Both the position numbers and the translations under genes were made by a program. A DNA stretch of 64,000 nt from Candidatus Omnitrophota bacterium (GTDB taxonomy: Bacteria; Omnitrophota; Gorgyraeia; VGKN01), in the NCBI GenBank assembly GCA_043800345.1, contig JAZDNB010000030.1, forward strand, positions 91-64,090. The letters run 5' to 3'. The notes under the pieces were generated by a model, which did no database searches, was not told the origin of the DNA, and was given only the letters and a program-made list of their open reading frames with translations. Of the stretch, positions 7,740 through 16,631 are shown piece by piece. Position 1 is the stretch's first letter, and each line of letters begins with the position of its first letter.

Positions 7740-9962
7740 TTATTCTTCTTTATCTCTTTGTTCTATCTCTTCGATGTTACTAACCAGAATTTCACGCGGC
7801 TTGCTTCCCCTAAAAGGCCCAATAATACCTTCTTCTTCCATAAGATCTATGAGCCTGGCCGCCCTCGTATAACCAAGTCTTAGGCGCCGTTGGAGAATAG
7901 AGATCGAGGCCTGGCCCGTTTCTATTACCAGCTTGGCCGCCTCTTCAAAAAGTTCGTCCTTAGGCTGGTCTTTGAGAGAATAGGCCTTGCTCTGTTCTTT
8001 TAAAATTTCTTCGTCATATACGGCCTCTCGCTGTGCTTTAATAAAATTAACTATTTTTTCCAACTCCTTATCGGAGATAAGGCAACCCTGGGCTCTTACA
8101 GGCTTAGCCTGTCCCGGTTTTAAAAATAACATATCTCCCCTTCCTAAAAGCTTATCTGCCCCATTCATATCAAGGACCGTTCGTGAATCTACTTTTGATG
8201 CAACTTTAAACGATATCCTCGCAGGAAAGTTTGCCTTGATTACTCCCGTGACGACATCAACTGACGGCCGTTGCGTCGCCAGGATAATATGGATTCCCAC
8301 GGCCCTTGAGAGCTGGGCAAGCCTCGTTATGGCTTCTTCGATATCACGCGACGCAACAAGCATAAGATCGGCAAGCTCATCTATAATAACAATTATATAA
8401 GGAAGTACCGACCATGTAATTTCCCCTTCTTCCTTATTTTCCTCATCTTTTGATGTTTTTACTTTTTCATTATAGATAGCTATATTGCGCACACCGAGTT
8501 TTGCAAATAATTTATATCTTTCCTCCATCTCGTTAACCAGCCATGCAAGCGCTCCGGATACCTTTTTGGCATCTGTCACCACAGGGCAAAGCAAGTGGGG
8601 CAGGCCGTTAAACATGGCAAGCTCCACCATTTTGGGGTCAATCATTAAAAATTTAACCTCGTCGGGTGTGGCATTGAATAATATGCTTGTAATAATACTG
8701 TTGACGCATACGGTCTTACCGGAACCTGTGGTGCCGGCTATTAAAAGGTGCGGCATTTCTATTAAATCGGCTATAACCGTTTGTCCCTGGACATCCATGC
8801 CAAGTGCCATCTGTAATTTGCTGGGCGATGCCATAAAGTCCTGTCCGCTTAAGACTTCCTTTAAATATACCAGCGTGGTAACGGTATTTGGCACCTCCAC
8901 GCCGACTCGTGATTTTCCGGGGATAGGGGCAACGATTCTCACGCTCATTGCCTTCATCGTAAGTGCTATATCATCGTTCAGATTTGCAATCCGTTGAACC
9001 TTAACCCCGGGGGCAGGCTCAAGTTCATACATAGTAATGACTGGTCCCCTTTCTATATTTACCACTTTGGCTTCTATACCAAAATCCCCCAATGTCTCCT
9101 CTAACACTTTTGCACTATTCTGAAGATCCTCTTGTATTTTCCTCTCCTCCATAGGAGGCGGAGAATTAAGCAAATCCAAAGCCGGAAGCTTATAGTCTCC
9201 CGTATCGGTCCTTACTGAAACAACCTTTTTTGCTGCTACCGGTTCTTTTTTCTTAAACATTTCCTTTTTAATAATAACCGCCGGTTTTATTTTAAGCCTT
9301 TCTTCCTCATTGAATGGTTTTTCTTCCTTTTCTTCTTTTTTCTTTCCTATTCTAGGTCTCTCTTCTGTTGTAAATATACTTTTTTCTCTCGTCTTTTCTT
9401 CTCTTTTGGCTCTTCCTACCAGGTGCATAATCATCTCCCGAAGAATCTTCAATAATCTGTTTACATAAGGCAGAATAATAAATTCTGTGGATATCAGGAC
9501 AGAAAGCACTATAAAGGTAACAGTTAATATATACGCGCCGGTACCGCCAAAATACTTAAGTAAAATATTCGAAACAAAAAACCCCATATAACCTCCTGCA
9601 TCGAAACGCCGGATGGGATGTTGAAAAAACAAAAGGCTTAAAAACCCCGAGGTAAAACTTACAAAAACAACTGTCCCGATAAGTTTGATATATAACTTTT
9701 GCAATTCAGTCTGAAAAAATCTGCTTAGCGACCAGATAAGGCAAAGTACCGGTATAATAAAAGCTGCTTTCCCAAAGAGGAAAAATACACCGCCTGCAAT
9801 ATATGCCCCAAAGATCCCGATAAAGTTTTTGGCAGGTCTATTGGGGTGAGAGATATACAAGGAGAGATCATTAGGCGTATAGGATATAAAGCTCAGGAAA
9901 AGGAGCACTGAGAGTACAAACAATATTATTGCATAAATCTGTTGCAGATGTTCTTCTTTCAT
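7740..9962 (-). CDS. ftsK: DNA translocase FtsK
   Basis: 740 aa with N-terminal TM helices, a K/E-rich linker, Walker A GTTGSGKTV, the IIDELADLM motif and a C-terminal gamma domain (ISILQRRLRLGYTRAARLID). Confidence 0.95.
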   Translation of the reverse strand: MKEEHLQQIYAIILFVLSVLLFLSFISYTPNDLSLYISHPNRPAKNFIGIFGAYIAGGVFFLFGKAAFIIPVLCLIWSLSRFFQTELQKLYIKLIGTVVFVSFTSGFLSLLFFQHPIRRFDAGGYMGFFVSNILLKYFGGTGAYILTVTFIVLSVLISTEFIILPYVNRLLKILREMIMHLVGRAKREEKTREKSIFTTEERPRIGKKKEEKEEKPFNEEERLKIKPAVIIKKEMFKKKEPVAAKKVVSVRTDTGDYKLPALDLLNSPPPMEERKIQEDLQNSAKVLEETLGDFGIEAKVVNIERGPVITMYELEPAPGVKVQRIANLNDDIALTMKAMSVRIVAPIPGKSRVGVEVPNTVTTLVYLKEVLSGQDFMASPSKLQMALGMDVQGQTVIADLIEMPHLLIAGTTGSGKTVCVNSIITSILFNATPDEVKFLMIDPKMVELAMFNGLPHLLCPVVTDAKKVSGALAWLVNEMEERYKLFAKLGVRNIAIYNEKVKTSKDEENKEEGEITWSVLPYIIVIIDELADLMLVASRDIEEAITRLAQLSRAVGIHIILATQRPSVDVVTGVIKANFPARISFKVASKVDSRTVLDMNGADKLLGRGDMLFLKPGQAKPVRAQGCLISDKELEKIVNFIKAQREAVYDEEILKEQSKAYSLKDQPKDELFEEAAKLVIETGQASISILQRRLRLGYTRAARLIDLMEEEGIIGPFRGSKPREILVSNIEEIEQRDKEE

Positions 9963-9966
9963 AGTA

Positions 9967-10749
9967 TCAGAACCTGAAAATCGTAAATAGCCCTACGCCG
10001 ATACAATAGAGGGCAAATATATACAGTTTACTTTTAATAACCGCCCTTCGTAATATTTTTAATGAGGCGAGGCCGAGCATAAACGCGCTTAAAAAACCAA
10101 CCGCTGCCGGAAGAAGCTCAATATTTTCGCTTATGGGTTCAGAAAATTTTAAAAGCGAAGCACCGAGTATGGCTGGTATCGCAAGCAAAAAAGAAAACGT
10201 TACGGCCATTTCCCTCTCAACCCCCGCCAGTATTCCGGTTGATATAGTGGCCCCGCTTCTTGACAGGCCCGGGATAATGGCTATACCTTGAACTGTCCCG
10301 ATTACTAATGCCGCGAGAAAGGAAGGGATTTTTCCGGTTTTGCCTGTAGTATTCCGTGCAGAGGTGGAAGGAAAAAATTTTTCTCTTGCAGCAGCTAACA
10401 GTAAAAATAAGGCAGTAAGTAAAAACATAAAGCCGACGATTCGCGGTTTTACAAATAAGGCTTCGATAGTATCCTTATAGATAAAACCGATAATCGCCGT
10501 CGGAATCGAACCAATTATTATTGTCAGTGCTAACTTCTTTTGTGTGGTGAACATCTTTATAATATCTGTTCTAAAAAAAATAAATATAGAACACAATGTC
10601 CCTACATGCAGTAATACATCGAAGGTAACGTGCGGTTTATCAATTCCAAACAGATGATGTAACAGTACAAGATGCCCTGAGCTTGATATGGGGAAAAATT
10701 CTGCGATACCCTGAATACAACCAGAGATAAACGCTTCTACGATTGTCAA
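9967..10749 (-). CDS. uppP: Undecaprenyl-diphosphate phosphatase
   Basis: 260 aa polytopic membrane protein with EFFPISSSGHLVL and PGLSRSGATI motifs. Confidence 0.9.
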   Translation of the reverse strand: MTIVEAFISGCIQGIAEFFPISSSGHLVLLHHLFGIDKPHVTFDVLLHVGTLCSIFIFFRTDIIKMFTTQKKLALTIIIGSIPTAIIGFIYKDTIEALFVKPRIVGFMFLLTALFLLLAAAREKFFPSTSARNTTGKTGKIPSFLAALVIGTVQGIAIIPGLSRSGATISTGILAGVEREMAVTFSFLLAIPAILGASLLKFSEPISENIELLPAAVGFLSAFMLGLASLKILRRAVIKSKLYIFALYCIGVGLFTIFRF

Positions 10750-10823
10750 CGGTCTTCTCCGAGCCCTATATAATTATAAGGACATACATAGTGAGTAAAA
10801 TAGCACGACGCACATTAAAAATT

Positions 10824-12935
10824 TCAGGTGCTTTCGCTCTGAGAAGATTCGTCCTTAATCTGTTTTCTGCTTAAATTTATTCGGCCCTGGGAATCTATTT
10901 CTATTACCTTCACCGATACTTCTTCGCCGAGCGAAACTTCGTCTTCTACTTTTTCAACAAACTTATTGGAAAGCTCTGATATGTGGATAAGGCCTTCTTT
11001 GCCCGGCAGTATCTCGCAAAATGCGCCAAAATTTGTAATACGCTTAATTTTTCCGAGATACACCTTCCCTACCTCAACATCTTCGGTCAGACCTTTAATA
11101 ATATCGACGGCCCTGTTGAGCGCATCATTATCAGCCGATGCAACCAATACCCTGCCGGTATCTTCAATATCAATGGTAACACCCGTTTCATCGATGATTT
11201 TCTTTATTGTCTTTCCGCCCGGACCTATCACTTCCCTTATCTTGTCAGGATTGATTTTAAGTATTAAAATACGGGGTGCATATATAGAAAGAGTCTTACG
11301 GGGAGCGGAAATGGTTTCCAGTATTTTATCTAGTATATATAATCTCTGGGGCCTGGATTCCAGGAGGGCCTTCGAGATTAAACTTATGTCTACCCCTTCT
11401 ATTTTTATATCCAGTTGGAGTGCTGTAACTCCCTTTTTTGTACCGATTATTTTAAAATCCATATCTCCGAAATGATCTTCAAGTCCTGATATATCGGTGA
11501 GAATCGCTATTTTATCATCTCCTTTTACAAGCCCCATTGCAACCCCGCTTACCGCAGCTTTAATGGGCACCCCCGCATCCATAAGAGAAAGGGTCCCTGC
11601 GCATACGGTAGCCATACTTGAAGAACCGTTAGATTCGAGAATATCAGATACCACCCGTACGGTATAAGGGAATTCTTCTTTTGAAGGCATAACAGGTTTT
11701 AATCCTCTCGCTGCTAATGCGCCATGACCTATTTCTCTTCTGCCGGGACCTCGCATAGGCCTTACTTCTCCGACACTAAAAGGAGGAAAATTATAATGCA
11801 ACATAAAACTTTTCTGTGTTTCACCTTCCAATGCATCCACCCTTTGTTCATCATCGCTCGTACCTAAGGTAGCAACCGAGAGGCTTTGCGTTTGTCCTCG
11901 CGTAAACAGTCCCGAACCATGAGTTCTGGGGAGTAGGCTCACATCACATGTGATCGGCCGGATAGTAGTACAATTTCTCCCATCCACCCGGATACCTTTT
12001 TCCAAAATCTGTTTTCTCACTTCGGCTTTTTCTACCTCTATAAGTGCTGAGGTTATATCTGTTTCAAGATACTCCGGATTCTCGGCGGTAAGCTTCTCAA
12101 CAATATCTTTGGCAATTGAATCCATAAGCTCTTCTCTGGCTTCCTTAGAGGCTATTCTGTTTACTTCGGAAAGTTTTTCCAAGGCAAGCACTCTTACTTT
12201 TTTTAGTAACTCTTTATCTATCGCCTTATATACCACATCGGCTTTCTTTTTACCGCATAACGAGATTAATTTCTCCTGAGCTTGAATAACTTCTTTAATT
12301 TTTAAGTGGCCGAATTGTATGGCCTCGACTATGAGTTCTTCCGATATTTCCTGAGCACCCGCTTCAATCATAATAATACTGTCCTTGGTGCCTGCCACAA
12401 CAAGATCGAGCGTACTTTTATCAAGCTGGGCATATGTGGGATTTATGACAAATTCATTATCTATCCTCCCGATACGGACGGTTCCAACGGGACCTTTAAA
12501 GGGGATGTCGGAAATAGACAGGGCGCTTGAGGCTCCTATGCAGGCTAAAATATCAGGGTCGTTTTCTCCGTCACTTGAGAGCACTATTGCAACGATTTGG
12601 ACTTCATTCAAAAAACCTTTTGGGAAAAGAGGCCTTATGGGCCTATCAATGAGGCGGGCCGTCAAGATTTCTTTTTCCGAGGGTCTTCCTTCTCTTTTAA
12701 AAAATCCGCCAGGAATCTTGCCTGCCGCATATGTCTTTTCTTGATATTCTGCGGTAAGGGGAAAAAAAGAAATGTCTTCTTTCGGTTCTTTTGACATCAC
12801 CGCTGTTACTAATACAACCGTACCGCCATGCTGTATCATAACAGCGCCGTTGGCCTGTTTTGCGAGTTTTCCTGTTTCTATTACCAGATTTTTAACACCA
12901 AAGTTTATTTCAACGTTATGAGGCATATGGGTCAC
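10824..12935 (-). CDS. pnp: Polyribonucleotide nucleotidyltransferase (PNPase)
   Basis: 703 aa with two RNase PH domains and KH + S1 domains ([20 protein letters not shown]). Follows rpsO as in the canonical operon. Confidence 0.95.
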   Translation of the reverse strand: MTHMPHNVEINFGVKNLVIETGKLAKQANGAVMIQHGGTVVLVTAVMSKEPKEDISFFPLTAEYQEKTYAAGKIPGGFFKREGRPSEKEILTARLIDRPIRPLFPKGFLNEVQIVAIVLSSDGENDPDILACIGASSALSISDIPFKGPVGTVRIGRIDNEFVINPTYAQLDKSTLDLVVAGTKDSIIMIEAGAQEISEELIVEAIQFGHLKIKEVIQAQEKLISLCGKKKADVVYKAIDKELLKKVRVLALEKLSEVNRIASKEAREELMDSIAKDIVEKLTAENPEYLETDITSALIEVEKAEVRKQILEKGIRVDGRNCTTIRPITCDVSLLPRTHGSGLFTRGQTQSLSVATLGTSDDEQRVDALEGETQKSFMLHYNFPPFSVGEVRPMRGPGRREIGHGALAARGLKPVMPSKEEFPYTVRVVSDILESNGSSSMATVCAGTLSLMDAGVPIKAAVSGVAMGLVKGDDKIAILTDISGLEDHFGDMDFKIIGTKKGVTALQLDIKIEGVDISLISKALLESRPQRLYILDKILETISAPRKTLSIYAPRILILKINPDKIREVIGPGGKTIKKIIDETGVTIDIEDTGRVLVASADNDALNRAVDIIKGLTEDVEVGKVYLGKIKRITNFGAFCEILPGKEGLIHISELSNKFVEKVEDEVSLGEEVSVKVIEIDSQGRINLSRKQIKDESSQSEST

Positions 12936-13201
12936 TTGCGAAGATTAAGTCTATCTAAGAGTTCTTGGTATTTTTTAAGATCATATTTTTTCACATAATC
13001 TAAAAGTCTTCTGCGACGTCCGACAAGCTGAAGGAGACCGCGTCGTGAGCTGTGGTCTTTCTTGTATGTCTTAAAATGTTCGGTAAGACTATTTATTCTT
13101 TCGGTGAGAAGTGCTACCTGGACACTTGCAGAGCCTGTATCTTTCTCGTGTACCTTGAACTCATTTATCACAGTTGTCTTCTTATCTTTTTTTAATGCCA
13201 C
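12932..13201 (-). CDS. rpsO: 30S ribosomal protein S15
   Basis: 89 aa containing [47 protein letters not shown]. Confidence 0.95.
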   Translation of the reverse strand: MALKKDKKTTVINEFKVHEKDTGSASVQVALLTERINSLTEHFKTYKKDHSSRRGLLQLVGRRRRLLDYVKKYDLKKYQELLDRLNLRK

Positions 13202-13301
13202 CTTGACACCTCCTTAAAACTTTACTTTTAGTAATATACTTTATGTTGAGTGTTTATTATAACAGTTATTCTTTTTTAAGTAAAGAGATTTAATACAATA
13301 A

Positions 13302-14234
13302 TTAAAACATAATTGCTTTTGCTATAATCCTATCTTTTTTTAACTGTTTGATAAGAGCATATGGATTCTTAAAATTTTTTTCCTTCCGTATTTTTTTTAT
13401 AAGAGCGATTTCAATATATTTTCCATAAATAACTTTATTAAAACCAAATAAATGAGCTTCTATATATGGTTTTTTCTTTTTACCTGTCTTTAAAAACGTG
13501 GGATTGGTTCCTATATTTACCATTCCCGAATAAACACGCTTTCCGATGCTAGCCCTTATCGCATACACACCATACGGAGGAAATACTTCCTGCGATGTTT
13601 CTATATTTGCGGTAGAAAAACCGAGCTGTTCGCCCCTCGCAAATCCTTTTATCACTTTTCCGAATATGGAATAATCCCGCCCCAGCAATTTCGAGGCTTC
13701 CTGTAAATCTCCCTTAAGAATCCGGGAGCGGATATATGTACTACTTATCGGCTTAGCTTTCATTTTAAGTTCACTTACCGCATGTAATCTAAATCCGAAT
13801 TGTTGCGATAGTTTTTTAAGAAAGAAGATACTGCCTTTTGTCTTAAACCCGAATTTGAAATCCTGCCCTAAAAATAATTCTTTAATCTTCAGGGATGTTA
13901 CCAGTATATCTCTTACGAAAGACAACGCACTCATCCTGGCAAACGTCCTGTCAAATGGTATTACAAGGCAGGCATCAACACCCAGATCTTCTAAGAAGTT
14001 TAACCGTTGCGCAAGGGAAGAAAGAAGTAAGGGTTTAGAAATAGGTTTTATTATTTTTAAAGGATGCGGATAAAATGTAACTACTACGGAGCTGCCATGA
14101 TTTTTCTTTGCCTTTCGGACACAGGCTGCTATGACATGCCTATGCCCCACATGCACTCCGTCAAAAATTCCCACGGTCGCAATCACCGGTTGCTTTAACT
14201 TTTTAATATATGTATAACGTTCAAATATGCGCAT
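13302..14234 (-). CDS. ribF: Bifunctional riboflavin kinase / FAD synthetase
   Basis: 310 aa with GIFDGVHVGHRHV in the adenylyltransferase part and a GFSTANI...riboflavin kinase part. Confidence 0.9.
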   Translation of the reverse strand: MRIFERYTYIKKLKQPVIATVGIFDGVHVGHRHVIAACVRKAKKNHGSSVVVTFYPHPLKIIKPISKPLLLSSLAQRLNFLEDLGVDACLVIPFDRTFARMSALSFVRDILVTSLKIKELFLGQDFKFGFKTKGSIFFLKKLSQQFGFRLHAVSELKMKAKPISSTYIRSRILKGDLQEASKLLGRDYSIFGKVIKGFARGEQLGFSTANIETSQEVFPPYGVYAIRASIGKRVYSGMVNIGTNPTFLKTGKKKKPYIEAHLFGFNKVIYGKYIEIALIKKIRKEKNFKNPYALIKQLKKDRIIAKAIMF

Positions 14235-14907
14235 ACTGTAATAAATGAGTGTGCAATGTTTCGGCGGTTAACTTTTTTAACATCTCAAAAGAAATGGCAT
14301 CTTTAAGCATAAAATTTCCTACGGCCAATCTCTGTAAATCTTTTAAACATCCGCCGCATCCCAAGCTATTTCCTATATCCTCGCAGAGTGCTCGGACATA
14401 GGTACCTTTTGAGCACGACACAAAAAAATCAACTTCCGGAAGTCTAATGTTTTGAATTCGTATATCAAATATTTCAATCTCAACAGGTCTTCGTTCGATA
14501 ACCTTGCCCTGCCTTGATAATTCGTAAAATCGTTTTCCCTGTATTCTCTTAGCTGAGACCATGGGAGGAATCTGAAGTAATTTACCCTTGAACGATGAAA
14601 ACACTTTTTTTATTTCATCGGTTTTAATCTCATCGGCTGGTTTTTCCGCAATAATCTTTCCTCCTATATCCTGCGTATCCGTTGTCAAGCCTAAAAGAAG
14701 CGTGGCACTATAATCCTTTTTCATATTGGTTAGCCTGCCTGATAATTTGGTAAAATTACCGAGCAAGAGTATGAGAAGACCTGTGGCATTAGGGTCAAGC
14801 GTTCCGGTATGACCCACTTTCTTTATCTTAAAATGCCGTCTTACAAAATCCACCACGTCATGCGAGGTAAAACCCTTTGGCTTATCAAGCAAAAGCATGC
14901 CGTTCAT
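14221..14907 (-). CDS. truB: tRNA pseudouridine(55) synthase
   Basis: 228 aa containing LLLDKPKGFTSHDVV...GHTGTLDPNATGLL. Confidence 0.9.
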   Translation of the reverse strand: MNGMLLLDKPKGFTSHDVVDFVRRHFKIKKVGHTGTLDPNATGLLILLLGNFTKLSGRLTNMKKDYSATLLLGLTTDTQDIGGKIIAEKPADEIKTDEIKKVFSSFKGKLLQIPPMVSAKRIQGKRFYELSRQGKVIERRPVEIEIFDIRIQNIRLPEVDFFVSCSKGTYVRALCEDIGNSLGCGGCLKDLQRLAVGNFMLKDAISFEMLKKLTAETLHTHLLQYAHI

Positions 14908-14921
14908 GGAGCTCCGCGGGT

Positions 14922-16004
14922 TTATGCCCGCGCTACCTTTCTTTTCGGTTTTCCGTCCGCGGGGCGAAATCCCGCCCGTTTGCCGCAGGCAGACTGGGTG
15001 CGGGATAAGAGCGCGGGGCGAAATCCCGCCCGTTTGCCGCAGGCAGACTGGGTGCGGGATAAGAGTGTTTTTGTTATAACAAGGACTTTTTTTCTGGCTT
15101 CGTCAATCGTCCCTTCCAGTACACAACCACTTGCTGCAGGATGCCCGCCGCCGCCAAACTTTTTTGCAAGACTATTCACATCAAAATCGCCTTTTGAACG
15201 GAAACTAACCTTTACCCTGTTCTTGCCGATTTTTCGAAATAACATCGCCACCTTGACACCCTTGAGCGCCCTCGGATAGTTAATAAAGTCCTCCAGTCTC
15301 TCTGTAAGGTTACCACCGAGCTTTGTTAAATCTTCGTCGAGGGCTATATATGCAATCTTTCCCTCTTTTTTGAGGGTAGAGAGTATTTTGTTTAAAAATG
15401 TAATATAAGAAAGCGTGGTGTTGCCATAAACTTTTTCAAAAATGATATGCGGCTTTATATTATGTTTCAATAGTTCGCTTACTATATAATGTGTCTTTGA
15501 AGTAGTATTTGAGTACCTAAACGATCCGGTGTCTGTCAATATTGCCACATATATATTAAGCGCCTCTCTACGTGTAAGTGAAACGCCTAATGCATCAAAC
15601 AATTCATATATAAGCTCTCCTACGCAGGAGGCATGGGGATCCACCCAGTTGGTAGTGCCAAAGTACTCATTACTTATATGGTGATCTATGTTAAGGAGGA
15701 TCTTGGCTGTCTGTATAAACCTTTCTACGGTACCAACCCTTGAAAGAAGCGGACAATCTAATACTACCGCCGCATCAAAACGCAGCTTCTTATTACTACC
15801 ATGCAATATCATACCTTTTTTTGACAAAAAACCAAATTGCCGGCTTGCATCATCATTAAGGATATATACCTTCTTATGGAGCCTTTTTAACAAAGAAGCG
15901 AGCGCTAATTGGCTTCCAATCGCATCGCCTTCGGGATTTATATGAGAGGATATAAGAAAAGTCTTATATTTTTTGATCGCTTCGACAATATGCTGTTTGG
16001 ACAT
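14922..16004 (-). CDS. nrnA: DHH/DHHA1 phosphoesterase (NrnA-like oligoribonuclease/pAp phosphatase) with a repeat-encoded C-terminal extension
   Basis: 360 aa with DHH motifs (SHINPEGDAIGS, NIDHH) and DHHA1 GGGHPAASG. The last ~47 aa (LLSRTQSACGKRAGFRPA x2 + DGKPKRKVARA) are translated from the hairpin repeats at 14938-15066. Confidence 0.8.
   Translation of the reverse strand: MSKQHIVEAIKKYKTFLISSHINPEGDAIGSQLALASLLKRLHKKVYILNDDASRQFGFLSKKGMILHGSNKKLRFDAAVVLDCPLLSRVGTVERFIQTAKILLNIDHHISNEYFGTTNWVDPHASCVGELIYELFDALGVSLTRREALNIYVAILTDTGSFRYSNTTSKTHYIVSELLKHNIKPHIIFEKVYGNTTLSYITFLNKILSTLKKEGKIAYIALDEDLTKLGGNLTERLEDFINYPRALKGVKVAMLFRKIGKNRVKVSFRSKGDFDVNSLAKKFGGGGHPAASGCVLEGTIDEARKKVLVITKTLLSRTQSACGKRAGFRPALLSRTQSACGKRAGFRPADGKPKRKVARA
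14938..15066 (+). repeat. Truncated relative of the 118-bp element: linker remnant plus two tandem 54-bp hairpin units inside the nrnA 3' end
   Basis: Units 14959-15012 and 15013-15066 are 53/54 identical: GCGGGGCGAAATCCCGCCCGTTTGCCGCAGGCAGACTGGGTGCGGGATAAGAG. The outer stem is the same as in hairpin 3 of the 118-bp element, and the inner stem is a different complementary pair. Confidence 0.9.
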
Positions 16005-16349
16005 CTACCCTGACTCCTTAATTTTTTTTAATATATCGTCTATGTGCTGGCTCCGGTCAAGAGAGTCGTCTATTATAAACCGCAGTTCGGGGACAAATTT
16101 TATTCTTATCCTTTCTCCTAATTGACGCCGTATAAATCCTGTTGCACGTTCGATGCTGGCGATGGTTTTTTGCTTAGCGGTTTCATCGCCCATAATACTT
16201 ACATAGACCCTTGCAAACCTCAGGTCACCTGTTAATTTCACCTCTGTGATCGTTACAAAACCAATATGAGGATCTTTGACCTTATCTCTTAAAATCAAAG
16301 TTAGCGCTTCTTTTATAAGTTCTGCGACCCTCTCCGGCCTTGTCCCCAT
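16005..16349 (-). CDS. rbfA: Ribosome-binding factor A
   Basis: 114 aa containing RPERVAELIKEALTLILRDKVKDPHIGFVTITEVKLTGDLRFARVYVS. Confidence 0.9.
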   Translation of the reverse strand: MGTRPERVAELIKEALTLILRDKVKDPHIGFVTITEVKLTGDLRFARVYVSIMGDETAKQKTIASIERATGFIRRQLGERIRIKFVPELRFIIDDSLDRSQHIDDILKKIKESG

Positions 16350-16631
16350 CTATAAAATCTCCGTTGAATAATTTACAATATCCATATTTCTGTTGTCCCT
16401 GACTGAATCGACCACCTTGCATAATACTTTATGTACGAAGTTTTTATCGTTTCCTATAAAGGCAACGCCAAGAACCGCCTTTTGCCATTTATCCTGCTCA
16501 TCGACTTCGCTTATAGAGATATTAAACTTATTTTTAAGGCGCTCTATGAGGCTTTTAAGCCTCATTCGTTTATCTTTCAATGATAACCCGTCCGTAAGGT
16601 AAAGCTCAAGCCGTAGTACACCTACAAACAT
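16350..16631 (-). CDS. DUF503 (YlxP-like) protein
   Basis: 93 aa (MFVGVLRLELYLTDGLSLKDKRMRLKSLIERLKNKFNISISEVD). Sits in the typical position immediately upstream of rbfA, and its TAG stop abuts the rbfA ATG. Confidence 0.8.
   Translation of the reverse strand: MFVGVLRLELYLTDGLSLKDKRMRLKSLIERLKNKFNISISEVDEQDKWQKAVLGVAFIGNDKNFVHKVLCKVVDSVRDNRNMDIVNYSTEIL

Noticed and set aside
8485-8997. Long plus-strand ORFs antisense to ftsK (7987-8400, 8485-8997), pnp (10966-11475, 11950-12279, 12385-12744), the cca fusion (17829-18302), ligA (35198-35698) and smc (50430-50897, 51990-52421, 52449-52925, 53220-53942), among others.
   Set aside because: They lie entirely within well-supported minus-strand genes, have Ser/Leu/Ile/Phe-rich low-complexity translations typical of shadow frames, and carry no motifs or SDs.
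9230-9430. Purine/pyrimidine-skewed low-complexity stretch in ftsK.
   Set aside because: It encodes the K/E-rich flexible linker (KKKEEKEEKPFNEEERLK) typical of FtsK proteins.
14959-15066. Tandem 54-bp direct repeats considered as a possible mini-CRISPR array.
   Set aside because: There are only two units, directly abutting with no spacers, inside a coding region. They are homologous to the dispersed hairpin repeat, and no cas genes are present.
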